From contig CBFFRP010000297.1 in NCBI GenBank assembly GCA_965644295.1, positions 744,001-808,000 of the forward strand: DNA of 64,000 bases, given 5' to 3'. The translations under genes were made by a program, and so were the position numbers. Source of the DNA: Paraphysomonas bandaiensis. Taxonomy: Eukaryota > Protista > Chrysophyceae. Position 1 is the first letter of the stretch. Every line of letters begins with the position of its first letter. Positions 25,014 through 36,657 of the stretch are shown here, in pieces. Under the pieces are notes generated by a model that was not told where the DNA came from, did not search any database, and saw only the letters and a list, made by a program, of their open reading frames with translations.

Positions 25014-25903
25014 CATTAAGGTAAAATATTTCAAACGCCTATAATGCTTCGAGGAGTGGAATATATCGTATTCATTTTACCATTCTATGCAGACGAACTG
25101 TAAGAAACCATCAGTGAACACTATCGGGGTGATACTAAAGTTAAAACGATAAACTCATTTATTTCTGAGTCGATTATGTGTTCACTTCTTAAAATTATTT
25201 GTCTTTTTTACACTTTATAAACTCTATAAGGGGACATTACACTATTCCTATTCTTCACATAATCTTGGGTGATATATGCATCAACTTCATCAGGACTGCA
25301 GAATTTTCATTGGCTGATAAATACTCAGTACTCTCCATAAGCTCATCGATCTAGTGAAGAACACGAAACGAATACTATCTCGATGTCTCAACCTTGGCAC
25401 AACCAACATCACAGTTATTGGGGTCACGCGGAATGCGGGTTCTTCACAACTTCTGATGGGAGATATCTTTAGGACAATATGGAGATGTAATGTAAGCAGC
25501 AAATCTCTAAACTGCTAGTTGATGCAGGTAATAGACGAATGTACAATGACAAAGTCTTTAACTCTCATTGCGCATTAGAGTACTTAGGAGTGTCCGTACA
25601 AACACAGGTTAAAAAGTGTAAGAGCCCGTCACGACTGATGCATTAATACGTCAGGATTCCAAACTACGTAGAATACAAGACCCCAATTTCTTTACCGCTA
25701 GAGGAGTGACCTCAAAAGCAGTTGCTGCAACTATCTACTTGGATGCTTCTTATCTTACCTGAGGTAGATGATAGAACAATCTGCAAGAACACACGGGGGG
25801 TCCATCTCATCTATCTTAAGTTCCATATTAACACAGTTTCAGACAAAGAGTTGATGAGAGTGTGTCCTCATTCGCAATAGTGTCATGTGCATTCCCTTCC
25901 TCT

Positions 25904-26044
25904 CGTATCGGCATCCTTTGTATATTTTTGTTCGAAGATGCCTCTAATATTGAGGCAACAATTATCTGTATTTTAGCCGTAGTTGTATATCAGTAATATA
26001 GAAAATATTTGCTTCAATTAATTCCCGAAAATGGCTGCCCATAC
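25904..26044 (-). mobile_element. MITE-like family A, copy 2
   Basis: Reverse-complement copy with termini GTATCGGCA...TGCCCATAC. Confidence 0.8.
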
Positions 26045-26310
26045 TATGCCACAATGGCTCTGTGCTGTACTTATGTACTACTGTACTCTGTACTGCTGTA
26101 TCGTCGACTTGTACAGCAGTACTGTACTCTGTGTAATCATGTGCTGCAGTACGCGCAGTGGTGTTTCTTGTCTCAGATCTGTGATAGTATCGTCTGGGTA
26201 TCGTTCCCTGACGACAGATTTAAACATGCAATTGATTGATGAGCCGTCCTCTGTTCCCCCATGACCCCCCTCCCCTTCTCCTTCTCCTTTTCCTTCCTTC
26301 TAGCGACACT

Positions 26311-27120
26311 ATGGTTGCTACAGAGCATATAGTTATGTGAATCCAAGTCAACGAAACACGACCTTTTGAAGACTGTTAAGGCATGTGTCGGCGACTCTCA
26401 CTATGAGGGAAACACACAGGTACTCCATTCAATAGCGAGAGGAGTTTGGAGTTAGTGTTTCTCGAGTGCTTGATGCCACTCATATGCAACAAGTGTTCAA
26501 TCTCGCGAAGGGTGTGAAGAAAGTTCAACCAGACAGAAAATTCTTTTGTGTGTTATTTCTTGTCATAGAAGTCTTGACATACTCATAGGAGATTCAAAGG
26601 GTTAGAGGGTGGAAATATCGTGAATTATCTAGGCAGCTACTTGGTGAATATTTTGCCAAATGTCTATCGACGACTGCAGGACACAGTTCAGGTTTCCGCT
26701 AATCATATGCGATGGCCCGACAATGTCGATAATTTAGGTGTCCGCACCGTTGAATTTGTTGAGTATGACCTTGGTGGCCGTTTTAAAACCCACCGTGGCA
26801 AGAACTCTACATGTACTATTGTTGTATTGCTGACAGAGCGGTCTAATTTTACAGGTCTAATATTTCTGTTTGGCTATACTGCTATGTCTTAATCAGAAGG
26901 ATTTGATTATTTCTTTCAGGTGGTACTTTTGAAATAGAGGATAGCACTGGAAAGAGCACAGAGATCTGGACTGAGCGGGGAGATGCAGTGGTGTTTCTGA
27001 GTGAGACGTACCACCGTGTGAATCCTGTAGAATCTGGGTCTCGCATTATTCTAACTGTAGAGTAATGGAAATATGCGTCAGGGAGGTTTCATGAAATAGA
27101 ATCCTCATCGAGAACTCTCG
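26311..27120 (+). pseudogene. 2OG-Fe(II) oxygenase (prolyl-hydroxylase-like) pseudogene
   Basis: VRTVEFVEY...FKTHRG (HxD with D lost), TIVVLL...FTG|GTF, GDAVVF...YHRVNPVESGSRIILTVE followed by an in-frame stop. The 5' part also contains stops. Confidence 0.65.
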
Positions 27121-28607
27121 TTCAAGACTTCCTTCGTTGATAAAATGTAGTAGTATTGTTGTAGTGTGTATGCATCACGTTTTTATAACCCTGCGTACTG
27201 TACTGTTTATTATTGTTATTTCGAAAGTAGTAGAATAGATTCGAAATGTATTTATTTCGATATATAGATAATAGGGGGGCTGTGTTGGTTCTCTCTCGTG
27301 AAAAGTAAGCTAAGTTACTTCTTGAGACTCTACTTAGAAGCTCTCTTTTTTTTGTTAGAACTAGTACGGCCAACCACGGCAACCAGTACGGGAAAATTTA
27401 CATAACACATCATAACTAACTGTATTCTGAATATTCTCTTACTTATCTCAGTTTGTGTATCGTTTTTTTTGCGTACTTGATGTTTGATGTTTGATGTCAG
27501 GTATGCCTTTTACTTGTAGCTATTGGCTTTTGAACATTTTGTTGGTTTAGATTGTTAAAAAAAAGAGTATTGCCTATGCAATAATAATATTATATATAGC
27601 AATCATCGATCTAGTCTAACGACATAACGTTACTCTAACCAACAAAAGAAAAAAAGCCAATTTTAGCAGCAAACGATAGTAGATTGCAGCGATATCAAGA
27701 AGCGTTTAGTAAGAAAATATTGTCATAGAAATAAAGTAATTTCAAAACTAAGATGAAGGTGGTGACCTATTTATTCTCTCACATTTCAGCGTGTACCAGT
27801 GAAACATATAGCTAAGCTTAAGAGAAATTTAGACTTTGACTATACAGTTAATTATTTCTCGAGCTGAACATACAATACACTATAAATTAGTATTTAGCAT
27901 TTTAGCAGCAATCACTTGATACACCTTCCGGAAAGTAAGTATTAAAAGTTTTGTCGAGATGTGACAGTTTCTTTTCACCTGGTCCGTCTGGAGTCTGAAG
28001 TGCCCATCATCGGACTTTCAAGACCCGTCGTGAGGATATGATGCACCAAGTAGGGTGTTTAATGCGGCATCTAAAAATATATCGAGCTTGGTACGACGAG
28101 ATTTGACTACAGCGTCTCTAAGTATTATCAGTCTGCGTATGGGCATTGAAGCAGCATGTATGTGACTGAAGTTGCCATCCGCATATAGCTGTATGACCAC
28201 TTCCTCCCATGCGCCTTCATAAAAGCAGGATTCCATTGGCTCTGTTGGAGAAGCATGTCTGCATAAGCACTTTATGCTCCCCAGAAGTGCAGTTCATAGT
28301 CAATTATGCTGTAAGTGGTGTGTACAGGGGACTACACATCCATCTCCTCATACAAACTAATCAACTGAACGCTCTCTGAGACCGTACCCTGAGTTCTGTT
28401 CAGTAGAATGATTCACAAGAGATCGAATCATCAGAACAATAGACTGAGATTGCTTCATACTAGTAGACATGGGACCGCCTACATACAGTACCCAAACAGT
28501 ACCCAATTATGGTGTACGAGTACTATATAGAGGTACAGTGGTATCGTGCAGTACTGCTGTACATGGTGTACTTCTTATAAAGGTGTACCGATATGTATGT
28601 ATATATA

Positions 28608-28819
28608 TGACTACCTAAATTGCACAAACACATAAATGCATAAAAAATAGGCTGCATAAACTCAAGAATTTATGCAGATTTATGTTTTTTTAGGAGACCC
28701 CTCCGGACCCCTCGTACAAACTATCCTATATGCATAAACATATGCAGAAACTGGGTCTGAATAGATTTTTATAATCCCAGACTTTTTTTGCATTTGTATT
28801 TATGCAATTTAGGTAGTCA
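28608..28819. mobile_element. ~210-bp MITE (family B)
   Basis: Terminal inverted repeats TGACTACCTAAATTGCA...TGCAATTTAGGTAGTCA with further imperfect inward pairing. Confidence 0.75.
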
Positions 28820-28822
28820 CCC

Positions 28823-28995
28823 ACTACACGCTATACACTGTACACTATACGCTATATACTATACGCTATACGCTTTATGCTATACACTACACGCTATAAT
28901 ACGCTATACGCTTTATGCTATACACTACTGTACACTATACGCTATACACTCTATACGCTATACACTGTACACTATACGCTATACGCTATACACTC
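28823..28995. repeat. Degenerate (TATACGC/TACAC)n short tandem repeat upstream of uL22
   Basis: Direct reading. Confidence 0.8.
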
Positions 28996-29092
28996 ACTCT
29001 GCACAACACACTCACCAAAGAAATCAACTAACCCTCTTAAACCATATATATATAACCCCACCCCATATCACAAGAGATATTCATTGATTTCC

Positions 29093-29780
29093 ATGTCATT
29101 AATAGGCAATATATTCAAGCGGTCTAGATCAGTCACTGGTATATTACGAACATTTTGTGATAAGACAACAACAGTGTTATCATCCCCTGAAACACCAACT
29201 ATCATAGCAGCTGGTAAAAGAAACATTGATCAAAGTCCATGGAAAGTTAATTTTTTGGTTAAATTGGTATGTATTCCATATATATATACATAGAAGGGTT
29301 TCATATGTCAAACAGGTACGAAACAAATGGGTACCCGACGCTCTTGCACAATTGAAATTCTCTCCAAAGCATAAAGCCCGAGATGTTGCTAAAATATTAA
29401 ATGTAAATTATATTTATTTATTATTTTACTTATATTGATGTTTGATATCTGAACAGAGAGCAGTTTCATTAGCGAATACGAGACATGGGGCGATACCAGA
29501 AGAGCTAGATGTGCATGAGATTGCCGTGACCAAAGGCAACGTAAAGAAGCAGCTTACAATCATGGGCAGAGGAAGAGCTGGGTTCGGATATAAGCGGTGG
29601 TGCCACGTAAATCTAAAAGTGAAAGTTATTAATTTCGACGAAAAAATTCTTATGGCGAAAACGAAAAATCAGAAAGAAACATGGATGAAGCGCAAAGAGC
29701 TTGTACGGACTTTGAAAGAGGTGGGGAGACCCGAGTACATCGTCGATGGGAAGAAGAAGGACAAATCTGCTTTTGAGTAG
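29093..29780 (+). CDS. MRPL22: Mitochondrial ribosomal protein uL22 (introns 29267-29315, 29403-29456)
   Basis: Presequence-like N-terminus, SPWKVNFLVKL|VRNKWVPDALAQLKFSPK, and IMGRGRAGFGYKRWCHV. Confidence 0.9.
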
Positions 29781-29877
29781 AGGCATGCACGTTTTATAAG
29801 ATGTCATTCTCATGTGGCAATAATAAGTAACCCCTAGTTTACATATAAATTTCTTCCTATTGAAGTGTTAGTTTTTG

Positions 29878-29950
29878 AACTATTGTTAGATAGCGTTCCA
29901 TCAATACTATTGATGGAGGTCTTGGAACCGGCCCAACAATACTATTGCAA
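29878..29950 (+). repeat. Internal fragment related to the hAT-like MITE at 31629
   Basis: Shared ACTATTGTTAGATAGCGTTC.ATCA.TACTATTGATGGAG. Confidence 0.7.
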
Positions 29951-30209
29951 TATAGTAGTATCATTGATCAGTACGTAAGCACATGATAACAAAACCCATT
30001 TCGCTGGCTACTGCTTAGCTAATCACAATTTCCTCATCTTCTGAGCCATCATCGGACGCCAGCATCACCATATTCATTCAAAACTAATTAAAATATGCAG
30101 GTAATTGGTCACAACTGTCGATTTGCTTTCAGAAACAACACCATATTAGGTATAGTAGAATGCATAAGTTTGCGCAACACTAACAAACGATAAACTAAGC
30201 TTTGCTGCG

Positions 30210-30760
30210 CTGAACAGGCCTTCACATTAAACATGACTAGACGGTGGATATATGTCAGCGACTCTAATCAGGGACAGTATTCAAATGGCGTGTGCAAAAT
30301 CAGCACCAAAATTCTATCCAATGGCGGAAAACTTGTCGATTACAGTAAAGCATATCTGTCTGTCCCCTACGTAGTTGTTTTGACCAAGATGAACGCCGCC
30401 AATCCACCCGTGGCGGTCAATCTAGACGCTCTAACTGATTACAAGGTAGCCCTCAAAACACTTCCAGTAAACTCCCTTCGTGTTGACATGAATAACTCAA
30501 CACATGTGTGTACATGTCCGCGCTGCATTATTTAGGAGCGAATGAGGAGGACGATGCATACGAGACGGAACTTTTTATGAAAAAAGACAGTCCTGATTCT
30601 TGGATGATCTCACCTGCAGTTGGTGCGAACGGCTTGGGATTATGCATTAATATCAACAAGTAGACACATGTTTCAGGTACGGGGAGCTCGGCCGCCACCG
30701 CACTGACAAACGAGGGTATGCTTTCCAAGCAGGTGGCGATGAGTAACCAGTTTGTACAAG
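30210..30760 (+). pseudogene. Relic of a Polinton-like-virus / midsize dsDNA virus double-jelly-roll major capsid protein (N-terminal part)
   Basis: RRWIYVSDSNQGQYSNG...LSNGGKLVDYSKAYLSVPYVV, then after a disruption DSPDSW...NGLGLCIN and NEGMLSKQ. These are in the order I recall for this capsid family. Frameshift and stops are present. Confidence 0.65.
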
Positions 30761-30906
30761 GGGCTCGCCGCGCAACAGATATGTGTTTTTCTTTAAACTG
30801 GTACGGCAGTCAATATTGGAGGGCGCGGGCGTCAAATTAATTTTATACATATATATTCAATTCCAGCGCCCTGGGAAAAATAAAAAATATCTAATCTTGT
30901 CCCTAA

Positions 30907-31371
30907 TTGGTTTTCATCCGAGCGGAGAAGGTGGACGATTTCCAACTATCGTAAAACTCACTCGGGAGAAGAGTACAAAGTGGATGATGCATGTGCTGGA
31001 CGAGTGCGCATAATAAAGGGAAGATATTGGAGTCAGCTTGAATTTGTAACAGATTTTGGTGTAGACATCTGCTTCATGCGTCAGTGTGAAAAATTGCACT
31101 AGTGAGACCACTTCGTGACCGTGGGAGGACCCGGCGCTAAATCTACTCTACTCTCCACTCCAGACTACCTGCTGCTGTGAACACCACTTTTTAGGACCCT
31201 AAAAACCTGCCGCATATACATATGCTAAAGACACGGACCGCAAGTTGTTTGTGTTAGGACAAGTAGATTGGACAGGAGCATATGATTTGGCTTAAACACG
31301 CAACTCGTAGCTAACTTAATTGTGTTGTATAGTTGAGCACTTGTCGGTGCATGCAATTGAATGACTGATTA
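30907..31371 (+). repeat. 465-bp long inverted repeat, left arm
   Basis: Reverse complement of 35490-35954 with about 7 mismatches counted by eye. Confidence 0.95.
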
Positions 31372-31628
31372 CTATGAAGTTGTTAGGTTGGTTGCGGCAA
31401 TGCATAAGCTTGCGCTTCTAAATAATCAGTCATTCAGATGTAATATATCACCTCTTGAGTGAAATCAAAGAACATATTTATATTGTTCTTCCTACTACGT
31501 GATTCAGTGTATATATGTGATGCAATAACTGTGGTACATAGTACAGACAGGCTATTATTTTGCGAATCTTGTCAAATTACAATTCCAGAAATTACAATAA
31601 CAATAGAACGGCAAAACACAACAGAAAC

Positions 31629-31777
31629 CAGGGCTAGGAAACAATATATTGAAATACTATTGTTAGATAGCGTTCTATCAGTACTATTGATGGAGATTTT
31701 GGCCGGTCGACCAATCAATATATTTTACAATATATTGTACAATGTATTGCAATTCAATATATTGTTTCCTAGCCCTG
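31629..31777. mobile_element. hAT-like MITE (149 bp)
   Basis: 25-bp TIR CAGGGCTAGGAAACAATATATTGAA. The 8-bp flanks ACAGAAAC / AAAGAAAC match at 7/8, consistent with a TSD. Confidence 0.85.
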
Positions 31778-31926
31778 AAAGAAACTAAATAATTAACTTT
31801 TTCATAAATAGGGTAAGTTTTCGCCCACATAGCCCACCATCATATATACATAGGCATATTATACTGATTATATAGTTAGATGTTCGAAATCACAATATCT
31901 TAACCCAGCGAAACTACACCACATCT

Positions 31927-34197
31927 CTATTCGTTGTCTTCAGCATTTTGAATACGAGCAACAATATCCTCCCACAAACCAATCCACCACTCACCGGGCT
32001 CTTCAATGCGATTTTTCTCCCGCCAGAGTGTGATGCGGTGCCTGAGGTAGTCATGAGGCATGATATTATTGAGACGGATAATCCTTCTGCAAAGCGGACA
32101 GGGAGCTTCATGACGATTACCAAAATAGCGATTAATAGCATCGCGCTCAAATATACATCCATCCTCATCCAACACAGGATCGTTCATTATTTCCAAGGTC
32201 AGTGGGCAAACGAAGTCAACAGGCACACGATCTTCATTGAGATAGAACCTATCTTGATCGGGAAGGCGTCGAAGTGTGTCAATCAATCCGGTGATGATAG
32301 TCACAGTATTTTGATTCAGTTCTTGAACAGGCTGGGTGTAGCGCAGAATCGCTGCTTGCAATGCGTCCACTTCCCTCAGTAGGTTGGTGCGGTACGAACG
32401 CTGCCTATCCAGCAGACGAGTCACCTGTTTACAAATTGCACCTCTACTTGGATGCGTCGTTCTTGATCTATATACGTTCTCATCAGTGAAATCGGTACGA
32501 ATCTGATCGGCGAGAGTAGCAACATCGAACGCATGTCGCATTATTTCAGTTGTGCGGTTCTGCCAACGGTCAACATCGATGCGAAGGCTGTTTGCAAATC
32601 CTGCTGGCTGCTCTTGCCACTGACTCTCCAGTTGGCGAACTTCGTTTCTAAATGTAGCGAAGTGCTCCCTCAGATTTTGGATTTTTCTATCCTTCACTCG
32701 AACCCACGCGCTGCTTATATCAGTGTTAATATTAATGTATTGCCGCACTCGGCCTGTCGACTTAAATATTCCTCTGCGGACGGGGTCCATAGTTGCTTTC
32801 CAAGTCTTCCCATGAATATCATCCCAATCACCAGTGTCACAGATATCACTATACAATTGGGAAATTTTGTCAGGATCGGAAAACCTGTCGGCGTATTTAT
32901 CCATGAGTTTATCAATCTTAGTGCGAATGTTTAGAATCAGATCATCCAAATTGCCCTGCGGGAAATTAGGTGGAGGATTTCGCAAGCCTAGAGTCTCTAG
33001 CATGCCGATGACTTCAGTCAGCGCGTCCTCCATAGCATTTAAAGTTTCACCCTGAATTGCGCCAAGATCTCCCAACCTGTTGCGCCAGTACTCCATGCCG
33101 AATCGATCCTCCATACGTCGTGCATTCGATACGAATCCGACTGGTATGTGCACCTCTCTACGAACATCGCCCGCGTCGCCCCTACACAAGACTTTAATGA
33201 TATGGTTTCTGGCAGTTGCTTCCATCTCGTCGAAGTCCAGATCTGCTGGTGTGCGTGGCTCTTCGCCATCATCATCATCCGTGGTTAACATATCATCGGC
33301 ATGCGTACATACAGCAGAAACTTTTTCCATGCGCGATGATGTCGCACACAGCTCTCGAAAAGCCTGTTGCTCTTGTTTCCCTTTCAGAAATCTACTAGTC
33401 CGATCCGTGAACCAAATCTGCTGCCAAGAATTCACAACCTCAAGGGCTCGCTGGGACTTCATGTCCACCGCATCAAAAAGACCGGGAGAATCCACCACAA
33501 TCACATTGCTGGGAAGGTGTTCAAAGTTTCCTTCGATACGAATAAAGTCCACAGTCACGGCCTGCCATTGATCGGGTGGCGCATTGTTTGCAGGTAGATG
33601 AGAATAGATCGTCAGGGCCTCTCGTAACTCCTTCATGGAGTCTCGCTCAAGCACTAGTGGCTGGCGCCCAATGTTCTGTAAGAGTACACGGTTTTCTTCG
33701 GTTGGAGTTAGTGGAGTGGGTTTCTCATAGCTAAGGTCGCTACTGAAGCAGTGCCTTATCACAGTCATTATAGCTTTGAGTCTGCTATTTCCTTCGACTG
33801 CACGATTCTCCCACAGCATTTCCGCCACGTATTCAAGGTGTTCCTTCATAGTTCGGGTTGATATGAAATACACCGTTGCTTTGTATGTCTTCATGTCTGG
33901 CCGAGAGACAATCTCACTCACCACTGAAGTGGATGACTTTGCCTGTGCACCCGCTGTAACAACAGTCTCTTGAAGCAACTGATTGATGAATCGCGATTTA
34001 CCCACTCCTGTGCCGCCATAGAGAGCAACTTTAGTTGGATTTAAGTTAGTTAAGATCGTATCGCATCTGTTGATCACGTCACTGATATGGGGCCGAACAT
34101 CAGCCGCTGTATCTTCACTCGTTCGTATCTCCTGAAGACACTCAATAATCATACGGCATTTCGCCTGAACATTAGCTCGTCTAACATCATCCGTCAT
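31927..34197 (-). CDS. Dynamin-superfamily (NUGGC/SLIP-GC-like) GTPase with C-terminal U-box, 756 aa, intronless
   Basis: G1 GGTGVGKS, G2 STS, G3 DSPG, G4 THAD, a helical stalk with IHGKTWKAT...RGIF...ININTDI, and U-box VPVDFVCPLTLEIMNDPV...FERDAI...CPLCR...PHDYLRHRI. Confidence 0.88.
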   Translation of the reverse strand: MTDDVRRANVQAKCRMIIECLQEIRTSEDTAADVRPHISDVINRCDTILTNLNPTKVALYGGTGVGKSRFINQLLQETVVTAGAQAKSSTSVVSEIVSRPDMKTYKATVYFISTRTMKEHLEYVAEMLWENRAVEGNSRLKAIMTVIRHCFSSDLSYEKPTPLTPTEENRVLLQNIGRQPLVLERDSMKELREALTIYSHLPANNAPPDQWQAVTVDFIRIEGNFEHLPSNVIVVDSPGLFDAVDMKSQRALEVVNSWQQIWFTDRTSRFLKGKQEQQAFRELCATSSRMEKVSAVCTHADDMLTTDDDDGEEPRTPADLDFDEMEATARNHIIKVLCRGDAGDVRREVHIPVGFVSNARRMEDRFGMEYWRNRLGDLGAIQGETLNAMEDALTEVIGMLETLGLRNPPPNFPQGNLDDLILNIRTKIDKLMDKYADRFSDPDKISQLYSDICDTGDWDDIHGKTWKATMDPVRRGIFKSTGRVRQYININTDISSAWVRVKDRKIQNLREHFATFRNEVRQLESQWQEQPAGFANSLRIDVDRWQNRTTEIMRHAFDVATLADQIRTDFTDENVYRSRTTHPSRGAICKQVTRLLDRQRSYRTNLLREVDALQAAILRYTQPVQELNQNTVTIITGLIDTLRRLPDQDRFYLNEDRVPVDFVCPLTLEIMNDPVLDEDGCIFERDAINRYFGNRHEAPCPLCRRIIRLNNIMPHDYLRHRITLWREKNRIEEPGEWWIGLWEDIVARIQNAEDNE

Positions 34198-34759
34198 GTG
34201 TGTATCTTGTGGTGTAGTTGTGATGCTCTGAGTGTATGATAATAGAAGGAGATCGTGTAGATATGCATACACAGAGAGAAGACACACAGCATCAACATGA
34301 ATAAGTGGCGGAGGATGATTGTGTTGCCCCACTAGTAGAATATTCGAAAAGATACACGTGTCTGGTCTACTTGAATATATGCATCTGTCGAGTTTCTAAA
34401 GCCGCATCTTTTTCCAACTCTGGACAAAACAATCCCAACATACCCAACATGCATCTGCATGTAGATATGTATACATGTATACCTCAATACACGTATACCT
34501 CAATACACGTATACCATACCATGGAGACTTGTTTCGACAGAGCGGACCAGTCTGGTCCCACTTTATTTTTTTGTATTGTGTTTTTTCGTATGGAATATGA
34601 GTGTAGAGCTTTGAAATTGTAGTCAAAATGACCACAATTTTTTTTTTTCGAGTGGGACCGGAAAAACGTCTTCATTAGAGGAATTTCAGTTTTTTCGATT
34701 TCTACTAGAAGTCGGTGCCGCTTTTTTGGCCATTTTCAGATGCCCATTGCATTGTTCGA

Positions 34760-34909
34760 GTATCGGCAGTCAGCATCTTATTTTTCGGGAATAAATCGAA
34801 GTAAAATTCCTCTATATTACTGATATACAACTACGGCTAGAATACACATAATTGTTGTCTCAATATTAGAGGCATCTTCGAACAAAAATATACCAAGGAT
34901 GCCGATACG
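34760..34909 (+). mobile_element. MITE-like family A, copy 3
   Basis: Termini GTATCGGCA...TGCCGATAC. Confidence 0.85.
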
Positions 34910-35489
34910 CCTCTGACACACAGAGCATCAATGGATATATAAATTATATCAGAATATCAAGCATACTCTCGACTTTGTGTCATTATAATCGACTTTGTGC
35001 TCTCATGAACTCATTGTTGTGTTATTTAAGTTTCAAATGAGTGCCTTAAGCGTTTTTTGACTTTTTTTTGGAGCTCACGCTTACCGCCGCTTTTCAACCG
35101 CCTGAATTCCAACATATCGACATCAAACTCATTGTTTGGCTGAATATGTCTGCGCACACTGCATTGTTAATGGAGGAATAATACCGTTAGACTAATTCAG
35201 AGGTGCTGGACTCGAATATGTCGTCAAATTCTTATATTTCGTTGAGTATCAAGAGTTATAGCATGATGCACCACTCAGCTCACAGTTGTACATTACCTGC
35301 AATATTGACACAACCTGACCAAATTGCGCTGTATTGACAACATTCTAGGCCGTTTATACAGTAATCATTGTCAAACGGTAATCTACGATATCAGTGTTTA
35401 TAAATAATGTCCACTTCTCTAATTCATTTTTCACAGTTTAGGGAAGTTGTTAGGTTGGTTGCGGCAATGCACAAGCTTGCGCTTCTTAA

Positions 35490-35954
35490 TAATCAGTCAT
35501 TCAATTGCATGTACCGACAAGTGCTCAACTATACAACACAATTAAGTTAGCTACGAGTTGCGTGTTTAAGCCGAATCATATGCTCCTGTCCAATCTACTT
35601 GTCCTAACACAAACAACTTGCGGTCCGTGTCTTTAGCATATGTATATGCGGCAGGTTTTTAGGGTCCTAAAAAGTGGTGTTCACTGCAGCAGGTAGTCTG
35701 GAGTGGAGAGTAGAGTAGATTTAGCGCTGGGTCCTCCCACGGTCACGAAGCGGTCTCACTGCTGCAATTTTTCACACTGACGCATGAAGCAGATGTCTAC
35801 ACCAAAATCTGTTACAAATTCAAGCTGACTCCAATATCTTCCCTTTATTATGCGCACTCGTCCAGCACATGCATCATCCACTTTGTACTCTTCTCCCGAG
35901 TGAGTTTTACGATAGTTGGAAATCGTCCACCTTCTCCGCTCGGATGAAAACCAA
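35490..35954 (-). repeat. 465-bp long inverted repeat, right arm
   Basis: Reverse complement of 30907-31371. Confidence 0.95.
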
Positions 35955-36572
35955 CTAAGAAATCACATAAAAGCACACACAAATGTACCTGACACTGCTT
36001 GGAGAACAGTGCCAGAGTCTTATATCATCTCAATGATCTGAGTCAGGAGAAACCAAGACTAGACAGTAGATGTGTGGGTAGACATGAGAGCAGGTCGAGT
36101 CACTCACACTGTCACTGCAATGCATACATGAGAGGATAGTTTGACGCATTACCACTCGAGGTCATTCGCCACACATACTCAGCATTAATCACTCAAAGTA
36201 AAAATGCAGTGAGCAAGCAGAATGATAACGATATAGCCGACATCTGTTTACTTCAGGTGTTTATAGTCCTTAAGGTGAGCTCACTGGATGCTGAACTTAG
36301 CAAGCAGCCACTACCCCCATTTGTATACTGTGACTGCTGGTCCTCCTGTCTAGATATCAAATTACCAATGATAAAGTAATACATATATTTGATTAGGCAA
36401 TTGACATTCTGCCCTTGGAGAATATTCACTTTCACGCCAGCTGATTTAGATAAGCAATCTCTCTATCCAATAAAACACTACCACTGCATCTTGATTGGAT
36501 ATGGAACACTAGGAAAGTGATAAACTTCATGAAATGAAGTTCAGTCAGTGAATTTAATTCAACTCCTTCGTG

Positions 36573-36657
36573 CCCCATACTGACAGCGTAACTAATCACT
36601 GCGTGCGGCCCTCTAGTGGGTGCTGCTGAGTGTTGCGACCGCGCACTTCTATCTATG
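36573..36657 (-). repeat. 85-bp GC-rich mini-element, third (inverted) copy
   Basis: Reverse complement of 24844-24928 with 2 substitutions. Confidence 0.92.

Noticed and set aside
25240-28470. Coding-like fragments at 25240-25560 and 27940-28470 (similar ones at 19350-19850, 35040-35400, 52750-53300)
   Set aside because: Multiple stops and no motif I can assign. Probably decayed genes or TEs.
24844-36657. One 11.8-kb transposon bounded by the inverted 85-bp repeats
   Set aside because: The interval contains the ordinary intron-bearing uL22 gene, there is no TSD, and the left copy is a tandem dimer. Independent insertions are simpler.
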